The notes beneath the pieces are model-generated. The model made no database searches. It saw only the letters and a program-made list of their open reading frames with translations, and was not told the origin of the DNA. A stretch of 64,000 nucleotides of DNA from Pseudomonadota bacterium (GTDB lineage: Bacteria; Bdellovibrionota; Bacteriovoracia; Bacteriovoracales; Bacteriovoracaceae): the NCBI GenBank assembly GCA_027487515.1, contig JAIYDL010000020.1, positions 90,371 to 154,370 of the forward strand. The letters run 5' to 3'. A program made the translations under genes and the position numbers. Positions 18,745 through 29,200 of the stretch are shown piece after piece. Within the stretch, counting starts at the first letter, position 1. Every line of letters starts with the position of its first letter.

Positions 18745-20457
18745 TTAAATGCTCAGTGTTTTTCGGTCACCCTTGCCGACGTACATCTCGAAGAGCACCT
18801 TGCTCACGAAATAGGAGGTGTACACCGTGGTGCAGATACCGATCAGGAGGGTCACGGCGAAGCCACGAACGGGGCCCGTGCCGAAGTTCAGCAGGCAGAG
18901 ACCTGCCAGAGCGGTGGTGATGTTCGCATCAGCGATCGCCCAGAACGCTTTCTCAAACCCTGTTCGAACGGCTTCGAAGGGAGTCATCCCCGCACGCATT
19001 TCTTCGCGGATCCGCTCGTAGATGAGAATGTTCCCATCCACCGCCATCCCTACCGTGAGAGCGATCCCGGCGATCCCCGGAAGAGAGAGGGTGGCGCCGA
19101 CGAGGATGAGGCACGTGAGCGTGAACAGCACGTTCAAAATGATCGTCGCCGTTGCGATGGCACCAGAAAACTTGTAGTAGAAGCACATGAAGGCCAGGAC
19201 GAGGAAGGAGCCTATGAGGGCGGCCAGCTGGGCCTTGTCAATGGCGTCGGCCCCGAGGGATGGACCCACGACCCGCTGCTCTTCAAACACGAGCTCCACG
19301 GGGAGCGCACCTGCGCGGAGCACGAGGGCCAGGTCGCGGGCTTCCATCATGGTTGTGTTGTAATCACCGGCCCCCAGAGTCACCTGGGCCGAACCACCGG
19401 CGATGCGGCCCTGAACTACCGGAGCTGAGTAAACGTTCCCATCGAGAACGATCGCCAAGCGCTTGCCGATGTTGGCCCCCGTGATCTGCTCGAAGATCTT
19501 CGCCCCTTGAGGCTTAAACTCGAGCGCGACATAAGGACGGTTTTGCTCTTGGTCGATCCGCACCAGGGCTTCCTGGAGCTCTTCTCCCGTCAGCGACGAG
19601 CCCGCCTCCACCAGGTACGGCTCGAGGTTCGTCACTTCGTTAGTGTTTTTATTCATCGTCTTCGAGAACGCGACCTCGAATCCCTTCGGAAGGTCGGCGG
19701 TGATGTGGGCGTTGATCGCTGCGACGTGATCCGACCAACGTTGGCCTTTCTTGTACTCGATGCCGGCTTTCTTCGCCTTGTCGAGCCAGTCATTGAGCTG
19801 GGTCAAGGAGACATCGTCATTCACGAACTTAAACTCGAGTTTCGCGGTTCGGCCGATGAGGTCCTTGGCGCGGGTAATGTCTTTTACCCCCGGAAGCTGG
19901 ACCACGATGCGGTCATTGCCTTGGGAGACAATTTCTGGTTCCGTCACCCCGAACTCATCGATCCGGTTCCGAATAACTTCGATGGACTTTGAAAGAGCCG
20001 TGTCTTCGATCTCCCGGAGGTAATCCCGACCGAGCCCGTACTGAAGGGTTGTCCCCTCATCTTGCGTGATCCGGAGCGGGTAGCTGTAGAACTCCCGGAG
20101 CTTCTCCTTGGCCGCAGATCGGTCCCCGTCTTTTGAAAGGATGATCGTGTGCTTCGGATCTTTGGGATCACTGGCATCCAGAGTCCCGACCGTCGACTCG
20201 ATGCCGACGTCCTTGAGGGTCGCCTGGGCCTTCCGAGCGTAGGCCACGACTTCGTCCCGGTAAACCTTATTGAAATCAATCCCAAGGACCATGTAGAGGC
20301 CGCCCTGAAGATCGAGACCTAAGTTGATCTTCGCCTTCAAGGGGAAGGCACTGTCTTCCTTGAGGCCGAAGAACGTCGGGGCCGTCGCCAAGAGCGAAGA
20401 AAGCACCAATACTGCTAGCAAACTAAATCGAAACCACCATCCCTTGGCCATGTCCAC
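18745..20457 (-). CDS. secD: protein translocase subunit SecD
   Basis: LGLDLQGG... and IVVQLPG motifs plus the C-terminal SecD/F membrane domain. Confidence 0.9.
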   Translation of the reverse strand: MDMAKGWWFRFSLLAVLVLSSLLATAPTFFGLKEDSAFPLKAKINLGLDLQGGLYMVLGIDFNKVYRDEVVAYARKAQATLKDVGIESTVGTLDASDPKDPKHTIILSKDGDRSAAKEKLREFYSYPLRITQDEGTTLQYGLGRDYLREIEDTALSKSIEVIRNRIDEFGVTEPEIVSQGNDRIVVQLPGVKDITRAKDLIGRTAKLEFKFVNDDVSLTQLNDWLDKAKKAGIEYKKGQRWSDHVAAINAHITADLPKGFEVAFSKTMNKNTNEVTNLEPYLVEAGSSLTGEELQEALVRIDQEQNRPYVALEFKPQGAKIFEQITGANIGKRLAIVLDGNVYSAPVVQGRIAGGSAQVTLGAGDYNTTMMEARDLALVLRAGALPVELVFEEQRVVGPSLGADAIDKAQLAALIGSFLVLAFMCFYYKFSGAIATATIILNVLFTLTCLILVGATLSLPGIAGIALTVGMAVDGNILIYERIREEMRAGMTPFEAVRTGFEKAFWAIADANITTALAGLCLLNFGTGPVRGFAVTLLIGICTTVYTSYFVSKVLFEMYVGKGDRKTLSI

Positions 20458-20597
20458 TCCATATCTTTAAGGGTCGATCACAATACTAAGATTTCAAAAT
20501 TCTAAACAATTTCGAAAGTTAGAGCAATGAGAGATGGGAAGTTTCGAGGGATTTTGCCGGCAACCCTCTTGGGATCACCGGCCGTGGTGAGAAAATG

Positions 20598-20873
20598 TCA
20601 GGTTGGAGACGAATCTATCTTCTTCTCGGTAGGGGCAGGCGTCGATTCCTCTTTGACCTCAGCCGCGTCCGCCACTTGCTTCGGTGGGGCCGCGCTGGTT
20701 GGAGACTCATCCGCGCCATGCTGAAGCTGATCTCCAAAGCCCTTGGCGGCGTTTTGGAATTCTCTGATGCCTTTCCCAAGACCCTTGGCCAGCTCCGGGA
20801 GCTTCTTCGGACCGATGAAGATCAAAGCAATCAGGAATATGACGACGAGTTCGCCGAAGCCCAGACCGAACAT
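20598..20873 (-). CDS. tatA: twin-arginine translocase TatA/E family protein
   Basis: [39 protein letters not shown]. Confidence 0.85.
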   Translation of the reverse strand: MFGLGFGELVVIFLIALIFIGPKKLPELAKGLGKGIREFQNAAKGFGDQLQHGADESPTSAAPPKQVADAAEVKEESTPAPTEKKIDSSPT

Positions 20874-20876
20874 GGG

Positions 20877-21209
20877 CTACTTCTTGGGTTCGGCGAAGAT
20901 CGCCGCTGCCGAGCCACCGATGTGGGACTTGAGGACCTTCATTCTCGTTCCGCCATCGAGCTCGATGGTGACGACTTTCTCGGCGATGCCCGTGACTTTC
21001 CCGAGGATCCCCGACTTCGTGTACACGTCATCGCCGTGAGAAAGTTTCTTCAAGAACTCGGCTTCTTCATCCATCCGCTTCTTCTGAGGACGGATCATGA
21101 GGAAGTACATGACGAGGAAGATCAGAACGAATGGAACGAACGAAACCCACGCTGGCTGCGCAGGAGTAGCGGTTTGTGCGTGAGCAGAGGAGATGAGTAA
21201 ATCAAACAT
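20877..21209 (-). CDS. yajC: preprotein translocase subunit YajC
   Basis: FLVMYFLMIRPQKKR ... GDDVYTKSGILGKV. Confidence 0.85.
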   Translation of the reverse strand: MFDLLISSAHAQTATPAQPAWVSFVPFVLIFLVMYFLMIRPQKKRMDEEAEFLKKLSHGDDVYTKSGILGKVTGIAEKVVTIELDGGTRMKVLKSHIGGSAAAIFAEPKK

Positions 21210-21221
21210 GGTGATCCTTTT

Positions 21222-22334
21222 TTATTCCCAGCGATTAGACGTGTAGTTGTTATAAAATGTCCGGTAATATTCGTCAAATTCTCCTCGGAGAATGGCCTCG
21301 CGCGCAGCGCCCACCATCTGGAGGTAGAAGTGGATGTTGTGGTAGCTGATGAGCTGCCCTGAAAGAAACTCTCCGACATTGAAGAGGTGCCGGACATAGC
21401 TCCGAGAATACCGGACACAAACTCGACAAGAGCAATCCGGGTCTGGAGGCAGCTTATCCTCGAGGAAGCGGGCCTTCTTGATGTTCAAAGGCCCGTGCCG
21501 TGTGAGGAACTGACCGTTTCTGGCGTTCCGAGTAGGAAGCACACAGTCAAACATATCCAGGCCCGCGCGGATTCCATTCAGCACGTCCAAGGGTTTCCCG
21601 ACGCCCATGAGGTAGCGCGGCTTCTCCTTGGGCATCAGCGGTACGAACTGCTGACAGAATTCAACCATCTCGTCATTTTTTTCACCGACGGAGAGACCAC
21701 CCAGAGCGTAGCCGTCAAACCCAAGTTCGATGAGTCCTTGCATCGACTCCAAGCGAAGGTCGGCGTGAAGTCCGCCCTGGATGATTCCAAAGAGGTGCTG
21801 GTGCTCTTTGAGGGTGACAGACTTGCAGCGACGGGCCCAGCGGTGCGTGAGCTCCATCGACGATTTGAGGGTTTCCTTGGATGCTGGAAGTTTAGGACAC
21901 TCGTCGAAGGCCATCACAATATCCGACCCCAAGGCGCGCTGGATCTCCATGGACTTCTCAGGGGTAATCAAATGCTTTGTGCCGTCGATGTGCGATTGGA
22001 ACGTCACCCCTTCTTCAGTGAGCTTGTTGATGTCCGAGAGTGAAAAAACTTGGTACCCACCGGAATCGGTGAGGATGGGCCGAGGCCAGCTCATGAACTC
22101 ATGGAGTCCCCCCATCCGTTCGATCAGCTCATGTCCCGGCCGAAGGAAGAGGTGGTAGGTATTCCCGAGAATGATCTGTGCCTGAAGCTCTTCGAGATCC
22201 TCCTGCCAAAGAGTCTTCACACTCGCACGAGTCCCGACCGGCATAAAAATCGGCGTTTCAATGACTCCGTGGGAGGTGGTGATGCGCCCTGCTCGCGCTT
22301 CACCGGAGGTCGCCTCAAGTTGGAAAAATGACAT
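21222..22334 (-). CDS. tgt: queuine tRNA-ribosyltransferase
   Basis: TPIFMPVGT, LTDSGGYQ and the Cys cluster CSCRVC...H. Confidence 0.92.
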   Translation of the reverse strand: MSFFQLEATSGEARAGRITTSHGVIETPIFMPVGTRASVKTLWQEDLEELQAQIILGNTYHLFLRPGHELIERMGGLHEFMSWPRPILTDSGGYQVFSLSDINKLTEEGVTFQSHIDGTKHLITPEKSMEIQRALGSDIVMAFDECPKLPASKETLKSSMELTHRWARRCKSVTLKEHQHLFGIIQGGLHADLRLESMQGLIELGFDGYALGGLSVGEKNDEMVEFCQQFVPLMPKEKPRYLMGVGKPLDVLNGIRAGLDMFDCVLPTRNARNGQFLTRHGPLNIKKARFLEDKLPPDPDCSCRVCVRYSRSYVRHLFNVGEFLSGQLISYHNIHFYLQMVGAAREAILRGEFDEYYRTFYNNYTSNRWE

Positions 22335-22366
22335 GGGGTGAAAATACTATGTCCAGTGGGTGGCGT

Positions 22367-23506
22367 CTAGTTTTTTGACCCGTCCGTGAGTGCATCTAAA
22401 ACGTAGGCCGCGCCCCAGGCGAAGGGCCGTTCTGCGTCCAAGAGCCAAGAGCCCCAGGGGCGGAAATCCCGTTCGGGGTCATAGATTTCAACCACGGAGT
22501 CATCGCGGGTCAGGAGCCGCTCAACATGCGCTCGCTGACGTTGAAAAAAAACTTCATCCCCCATGAGCCGAGAGACCTTGAGGCCCAGGCCCGCGAGCCA
22601 GCTCCAACTAAGAGCACCATGGTACCGGTCGAGCTTCGCCAGACGGATGTGCCAGGCGAGATCAGAAGATAGCCAATCGGGGTGACTGCACCGACCGAGG
22701 ACACCATCGAGGGTCACCAAGGGATGCTTCTTGAGTGCCTCCCAGAGCCGAACCTTGGCCTCTCGATCAAGAAACTCCGGGGCCTCGAGGGCAAGGAGGT
22801 TTCCTTCGACCGAGATGACGTCGGACCCTTCCAGAGAGCGGAAGAGATCCTGGGACTGAAACACTTCGATGATCCGCTGCCGGTAGGTCGGTAGATCCAG
22901 AGCGACCTCCCAGCCACGCTCTTTCAAACGCGCGGCCGCTAGATAAAGAAGGAGATTCAGCAGGAAGGTTTTCCCTGCCCGGTTCGTTGTATCCTGCCAG
23001 TCTGAGAACGGCGGCTGCAGGACTAAACCGTCTTGAAACTTATCGCCGTACCACTCCCACACCCGCCGAAGTTCTTCCTGGTGCCGGCGCCAAAACTCCG
23101 ACGGCATCCGGAACGCCGCGAGGAGGAGAAGGACGTTAGAGTCATAGGCATTGGAGCCGTGTTCGTCGATGTAGCGAGGGGTAAGCGGCTCTCGGAACGC
23201 GAGTCCTGGAAGGATCGGCACGAGGGTCCGAACCGTCTGCCAGGCGACCCGAAGCTGAACCGGGTAGTTGTCAAGGACTCGCGGCACGAGACCATCGGCC
23301 CGAAGGTTCGCGAGCAGCCGTGCCAGGTGGCCTTCGGCGACGCCGTCTTCTCCCGCCAGAACGAGACCGCGAACGGCATGGCAGAAGTCCCGAGTCCAGA
23401 GAGTCTGGAACTGGTGCTGGCCCGCGGTGAGGAACTTTCCCGTCGGAAGCTGGACGATGTTCCGACGGAGAGACTGGAGCGCGATCTCTCGCAGCGGGTC
23501 GCTCAT
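22367..23506 (-). CDS. hypothetical protein, probably an (alpha/alpha)6-barrel glycosidase-like fold (GDE_C / amylo-alpha-1,6-glucosidase-like guess)
   Basis: QTLWTRDFCHAVRGLVLAGE resembles the GDE_C WGRD block. ATGA overlap with the queA stop. Confidence 0.6.
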   Translation of the reverse strand: MSDPLREIALQSLRRNIVQLPTGKFLTAGQHQFQTLWTRDFCHAVRGLVLAGEDGVAEGHLARLLANLRADGLVPRVLDNYPVQLRVAWQTVRTLVPILPGLAFREPLTPRYIDEHGSNAYDSNVLLLLAAFRMPSEFWRRHQEELRRVWEWYGDKFQDGLVLQPPFSDWQDTTNRAGKTFLLNLLLYLAAARLKERGWEVALDLPTYRQRIIEVFQSQDLFRSLEGSDVISVEGNLLALEAPEFLDREAKVRLWEALKKHPLVTLDGVLGRCSHPDWLSSDLAWHIRLAKLDRYHGALSWSWLAGLGLKVSRLMGDEVFFQRQRAHVERLLTRDDSVVEIYDPERDFRPWGSWLLDAERPFAWGAAYVLDALTDGSKN

Positions 23507-24564
23507 GCGCTTATCCCTCGGGGCTTTCTCAGGATCAGCATCCCATCGCCGTAGGAGAAGAAGCGGTAGCGTTCGCGGACCGCAAGACGGTAGAGATCGA
23601 GAGTTTTTTCTCGCCCGATGAGCGAACTCACGAGCATGATCAGAGTCGACTGTGGCAGGTGAAAGTTTGTGACCAGTCCGTCGATCGAATGGACCTGTTT
23701 CCCTGGGTGAAGGAAGATCGAGGTCGAGGCCATCTCCCCGGGGCGAGCGAACTCGATGCCGCCACTCTTCCAGGAACTCTCGAGCGTTCGAAGCGATGTG
23801 GTGCCGACGGCGATCCGACAGGTCGCTGCCTGGATCCGAGCGAGGTTCACCTCGTCGATGGTGTAGAACTCCTCGTGCATCTTGTGCTCGAGGATGTTCT
23901 CCGACTTCACTGGAGCAAAGGTCCCAGCACCCACGTGGAGAGTGACCGTCGCCAGAGGGTGCCCGGTTTCTTCTAAGGACTTTAGAAGCGTCTCGGAGAA
24001 ATGAAGGCCCGCCGTCGGCGCGGCGACGGAGCCCGCTTCTCTGGCGTAGACCGTTTGGTAGGAGGCCTTATCGTGCTCGTCGGATTCGCCCCGGCGGATG
24101 TACGGCGGGATCGGGATCTTTCCGATCTCCTGAAGGACATCGAGCAAGGCTTCGGGGGTCCGGTTGAAGCGGACTCTGAAAGTCCCATCTCCTGGGATCT
24201 GAACCAGTTCGGCCTCGAGGTCACCGAAGTTGAACCGCTCCCCGACCCTGCGCCGTCCCGAGGCCCGAACCAAAGCGGGGTACACGAAAGAGTCGTGCAG
24301 CAAGGAGAGGACAAACACTTCGGCCTCTCCACCGGATTGGCGGTGACCCAAGAGTCGGCAGGGGAAGACCCGAGAGCGATTAAAAACGAGGGTTGAGCGA
24401 GGGGGAAGGAAGCGGTGGATCTCGGCGAAGGTGGCGTGGGAGATCGCCCCCGAGGCCTCATCGTAAACCAGGAGCCGGGAAGAGTGCCGGTCAGGCACAG
24501 GCCGAGCAGCGATTAACTCCGGTGGGAGGTCGAAATCATAGCTTTTGAGCTCGAGATCAGACAT
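23503..24564 (-). CDS. queA: S-adenosylmethionine:tRNA ribosyltransferase-isomerase
   Basis: LKSYDFDLPPELIAARP ... GDGMLI. Start chosen at MSDLELKSY (24564), not the ORF-track start at 24795. Confidence 0.9.
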   Translation of the reverse strand: MSDLELKSYDFDLPPELIAARPVPDRHSSRLLVYDEASGAISHATFAEIHRFLPPRSTLVFNRSRVFPCRLLGHRQSGGEAEVFVLSLLHDSFVYPALVRASGRRRVGERFNFGDLEAELVQIPGDGTFRVRFNRTPEALLDVLQEIGKIPIPPYIRRGESDEHDKASYQTVYAREAGSVAAPTAGLHFSETLLKSLEETGHPLATVTLHVGAGTFAPVKSENILEHKMHEEFYTIDEVNLARIQAATCRIAVGTTSLRTLESSWKSGGIEFARPGEMASTSIFLHPGKQVHSIDGLVTNFHLPQSTLIMLVSSLIGREKTLDLYRLAVRERYRFFSYGDGMLILRKPRGISA

Positions 24565-24628
24565 TTTTTCATTCCGTCTTTCAAATTTTGGCCGGGCCAG
24601 GTAGGATCTAAAGTGGGAGATTGGTACC

Positions 24629-24901
24629 ATGAGAAAATTCGTAATTCTAGCTTTGACTGCGGTCACTTTTTCCGTCTTCGCCCAGAGCGAAGCTGAAGAG
24701 GCGATCATCCTGAACCAAGAGCTCCAGTTCCTGGAAGAATCCGTCCGCTCCGTGGAGACCGTCACCGTCAAATCTAGCGACGAGGCCCAGCGCAACCGCG
24801 CACTAAACGAGCCGACGCTCGAACGCCGCTACTTCGGTGAGGCCGTGGAAGAGGACGTCGTGAACACTCGGACCGCAGGCCCCAAGCGTCGGGGCCTCTA
24901 G
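24629..24901 (+). CDS. small secreted protein, function unknown
   Basis: Signal peptide MRKFVILALTAVTFSVFAQ. GGGAGA lies 8 nt upstream of the ATG. Confidence 0.5.
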   Translation: MRKFVILALTAVTFSVFAQSEAEEAIILNQELQFLEESVRSVETVTVKSSDEAQRNRALNEPTLERRYFGEAVEEDVVNTRTAGPKRRGL

Positions 24902-25146
24902 CGCTGAACGAAGCCAGCGAGTTTTCCGAGCTCCTGAATGCGCGTAAGGATTTCGTCGATGAAGGACTTCACGGCCTTGTAGGTCGCGAAGTTTTCGACC
25001 TGCTCGAGGAGAAGGAGGATCAGGTTCCGGAGAATGTTGATCGCCGGTGCGAGGTTAAACTTCATGATCACGAGGTCGATCAGTGAGCTCGCCTCGTGAA
25101 CGTCTTTGCCTTTCACCACGTAGAGAGGATTCTTATTCTTCTTCAT
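24898..25146 (-). CDS. hypothetical 82-aa helical protein coupled to the ParA-like gene
   Basis: ATGA overlap with the upstream ParA-like stop. Confidence 0.5.
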   Translation of the reverse strand: MKKNKNPLYVVKGKDVHEASSLIDLVIMKFNLAPAINILRNLILLLLEQVENFATYKAVKSFIDEILTRIQELGKLAGFVQR

Positions 25147-25991
25147 TGTAGCTCCTTGTGCACGGTCTCCGTCATGGCCACGAACTGCCGCTGCAGATCT
25201 CTAAACTCTCCAGACTTGAAATGAAACACGGACTTTCTCTGGGCCAGTGACTTTCCGAACTGAACCTTGTTCGTGAACGGTTCATGGATCGTGCCTCCCC
25301 CGAGGTTCAGCCGGATCTGCTCGAGGTCTTCGCTGGCCTGTTTGCGACGGGTGTCGAAGAGGTTCGGAATGTAGCCGAGGTTCTTCGGCACCGCTGAGAT
25401 CTCCATCTCTCCGATGTCTTTGACCGCCTCGAGAATGTTCCGAAGTCCCTGCTCGGAGAAGCGGTCCGGAACGAACGGAAAGAGGACGCCGTCGGTGGCG
25501 CACAGGATGTTGACCACCAGAAGGCCTAGGGTCGGTGGGCCATCGATGATGATGATGTCGTACTGGGACCGAAGCTCCAGCTTGTCGATGAACTTCTTCA
25601 GAATCAGCTGCCGGGGCATGGAGATCCCGGCCACCGTGAGTTCGAAGCCCGAGAGCTCTTGTCCAGAAGGAAGCAGATCGATGCCCTCGGCCGAAGTCAC
25701 TCGGACGTCATTTAAAAACACCGGCGTGTGAAGGGGCCTCAGTTCCTTGATCGTGTTGATGAGAAGATGATGGACGTTCTTTCGATCCGGGTCTACGGGG
25801 AGATCGAAAAGGGAGCTAAAGTTCGCCTGGGGGTCCATGTCGATGCAGAGGACTTTCTTTCCTTGGTGATGGAAAGCATGGGCCAGGTTAAAGGCCATGG
25901 TGGTTTTCCCTACTCCCCCCTTCTGATTCATCAGAGCGATGACTCGGCCAGGGGCGACCGGAGCCTCAGGGGTCTTGAAGAAGTTAAACAT
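25143..25991 (-). CDS. ParA/MinD-family P-loop ATPase (orphan; no ParB-like gene seen nearby)
   Basis: Deviant Walker A NQKGGVGKTT, then DMDPQAN. Confidence 0.85.
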   Translation of the reverse strand: MFNFFKTPEAPVAPGRVIALMNQKGGVGKTTMAFNLAHAFHHQGKKVLCIDMDPQANFSSLFDLPVDPDRKNVHHLLINTIKELRPLHTPVFLNDVRVTSAEGIDLLPSGQELSGFELTVAGISMPRQLILKKFIDKLELRSQYDIIIIDGPPTLGLLVVNILCATDGVLFPFVPDRFSEQGLRNILEAVKDIGEMEISAVPKNLGYIPNLFDTRRKQASEDLEQIRLNLGGGTIHEPFTNKVQFGKSLAQRKSVFHFKSGEFRDLQRQFVAMTETVHKELQ

Positions 25992-26221
25992 GGCTACACT
26001 CCTCTACAGCTGCCCAGCAATCTGGTCAGACAAATCGACTCGCGACAATTCTCCTCTTCGCAAGAAGCTTTGTAAACTATCGGATTCTTAAGAGTTCTTC
26101 TCCGACGTTTGACTAGTCCAGTAAGGAACCTGAGACAATAGGAAAGAGGAAATCGTCCAAGTCTAAGGAATTTTAAGAAAAGTCCCGATAAAGATCGAGA
26201 CGGATCGAAAAGGAAAAGACC

Positions 26222-29200
26222 ATGGTTGGTTTGAACACTTTCTGGATAGCATTAGGTACACTCTTTCTCTTCGCGGCCTGTGTGCCGCAGACGAAGCAAA
26301 CGGAGTGTGGCTCGAACGAAGCCTTCAATGCCTCTCTGCGGACCTGTGTCCCGGTCGTCGGAGGCCCTTCATCCTTTCTCACGATCGATACCTATTCACC
26401 GAGTTTCACCCAGACCCGAACCAAGGGTGATACGACGCCGCTCCAATTCACGGTGAGCGTCGCCAATCCGTACAACCAGTCCTACACTCTTTCGTGGGAG
26501 AAAGTTTTCAACGCCGCTCCCGAGAGCATTTGCTCGAACTCCCACACCTGTACGCTCATCGCTTCGCTCTACGACGTCGGAAGTCACATCATCACGGCCA
26601 AAGTTGTCGCGGCCAATGGCTCAGTGGTTGACACCCACAGCTTCGAGCTCAAGATCACCAACCTCCCGAAGCCCAGTGTGAACACGACGACCCTGACTCC
26701 ATCCACCTACGCCTTCGATAAACTCCCGACAGATCCGCGGGTGCAGTTTTCCTTCACGATCAGAAACCCATTGGACTCAGGCTTTTCCATGAACGCCTCG
26801 GACAACTACCGGACGTCTTGGTCGGTCATCAAAAACGGTTCGACCATTTACAGTGAAACGGATACGTTTACAAACTTCACTAACGGCGGAACCAACACCG
26901 CGTTCCTCGGCACCCCTCCGACTCCGTATTTTAACCCGGCCACCATCGGGGTCGGGACCTACATCGTTAGGGCCGCAGTCCAGAATGACAACCCTGGAGA
27001 GATCGTCGCGGAGTATCAGTGGAACGTGAACGTTCGGCAGCCGGACCTCGCCAACGTCTCGGGCATCGGCTTCCCGGCACCAGGGGTTGCGGTCACCGCG
27101 CACAACAACGTTGGCTACAACGACTATCCTACCTTGAGCTGGATCTACGGCACGGGGTCTCCGGCCTCGAGACCTCTCTTCTGCGTGACCGTAGATGACG
27201 CTGACGGCACTTACGCGGGTGACGGGAAATCGATCCAGGTCCGCTGGTACCTGAACTCCACGGGCGCAGAGATCTGTACGAAGAAAACCTCGGACTCCCT
27301 CGGGACCGGTGCCACTCAGCAAATTTGTCTCGTGGACGCCCTCTCCAACTGCGAAAACTCCGGCGCTCCGTTTGATACGAACATCCTAGACCTCGCCAAC
27401 ACGGCCGCCACCGTAACTCAAAACCAAAAGGTCACGGCCCGCCTCTTCGACGAAGCGACGAGCTACGAGTTCGAACGCTCCGATGTGCTCCCGAATAATG
27501 GCTCCTACCCGGTGGAGTGGCTCGTGACGGTGAAACCCGTCAACGTCGCGCCGACCGTGACGTTCGGATCCATCAATCCTACGGGCTGCACCACCACCAG
27601 TGCGTTCTCAAGAACCGGTTGCCAAGTCGATCAGGGAACGGCCTTCACCCTCTCGTTCACGGTCTCCGACGATTTCTACTCTGCGAGTGCGCTCGAAGAG
27701 GAGTTCCAATGGGACCTCCGGTTGCGCCACAACGGTTCGGACATTACAACCAATCAGGCCGGGGCCACCACCAGCTGTTCCAAGGCCTTCGGTGCGACCA
27801 CTCCGGCCTACACGACTCAGTGGACCTGTAGCTTGATGGTCCCACATCACATCCCTTCCGGCCCCTTGAACCCGGCCTCGGGAACGTACCAGGCCGTGCT
27901 GACTCTCTCCGACTCCGGTTCTCCCGTCGGCGGTGACGACATGGTGTCTCCGAACCTGACCTGGAGCTTCATCGTCCGAGAAAGAAATCCATCCGGGATC
28001 GTTCTCACAGCACAATCTATTCTGGCCGGCCAATCGAACATCCAAAGCATCCAAAGCGGCTTAACTGTGACACTCAATCCCGGAGATCCGACGAGCTTTG
28101 CGCGAGAGCTCGACAGTATTCTCTTCAACATGTACGTCACGGATACAGAAGTCGACAACCTTCAGTACCAAGTGTCTTTGTGCACAGATAACACGAGCTC
28201 TTGTACGACCTCGGTGCCAGTCAGCTCCAACGGCTCCACCTCATCTCCTTCAAGCTGGGTGAACTTCACCCGAACCATCGACACCGACCCTCTGCAGGTC
28301 ACTGGGACCCTCTACCAGCTCCCCGAGGACCTCCTGATTGGGCGTCTTGCGACCAAAGTTGACATCAACCGAGACACGTCTCACCTGGTGCACTTTAAAG
28401 TCGACGTCAAAGACATCATGAGCACCTCCGGTTCCACGGCCCCATCGACAGTGACTGACTCCGAGGTCTTCCGAGTGTATGTCAGAAACTATAACCCGGC
28501 CCCGGTCATCAATACGGCCACCGCCGCTCCCGCCGTCGGTTCAACTACCATCGTCTATTCCGGCTATCAGTTCTCGATCGATCCCGGCTCCGTCACCGAT
28601 GCATCGGGCCCAGGTTCGGAGCGAGACCTGAAGTACCAATGGTACTCTCGCTTCTCTGCCGGAGCATGGACCGCCATCACCAGCGCCACCGATCGCTTAC
28701 TCCGCTACACCCCCGGGAACGTCACCGGAACCATCGAACTCCAGCTGTGCGTCGGAGACAACACCGCCGCCAATCCGTTGGCCGCCCCGGGGACAGGAAC
28801 CTGCGCCGGGACCTGGTACGTCACGCCGAAGCCCTACCTCTACAACCAACCGGCCACCGGCAGCGGCAGCTTAGGGAACGAACTCGCCGTCTGGTACGAC
28901 GACACCAACACGGTCCCGAACACGAACGTGATCTACTCCGCCTACGTCGATCAAAACCTCGATGTGTTCGTTGAAAAAACTGTCCGTGACACGAGTGGAA
29001 ATATCGTTCTCACCACTCAGACGATTCAGTTCGAGGCCCTCGACAGCGGCACGCCGAGCATCGTGACCAACCTCTCCATCGCGGGGTCCGCAGATAGCGT
29101 CTACGTCGCGTACATCGCGAGCACGTCATCCGCTCCCAATACGCTGATCCCGCGCATCCGTCGCATCGACAAGAGCTTCGAGGTCGCCGGACGACGGAAA

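Noticed and set aside
24565-24795. ORF-track N-terminal extension of queA.
   Set aside because: The canonical QueA N-terminus (MSDLELKSYDFDLPPELIA) begins at 24564, and the upstream 77 codons lack similarity to QueA.
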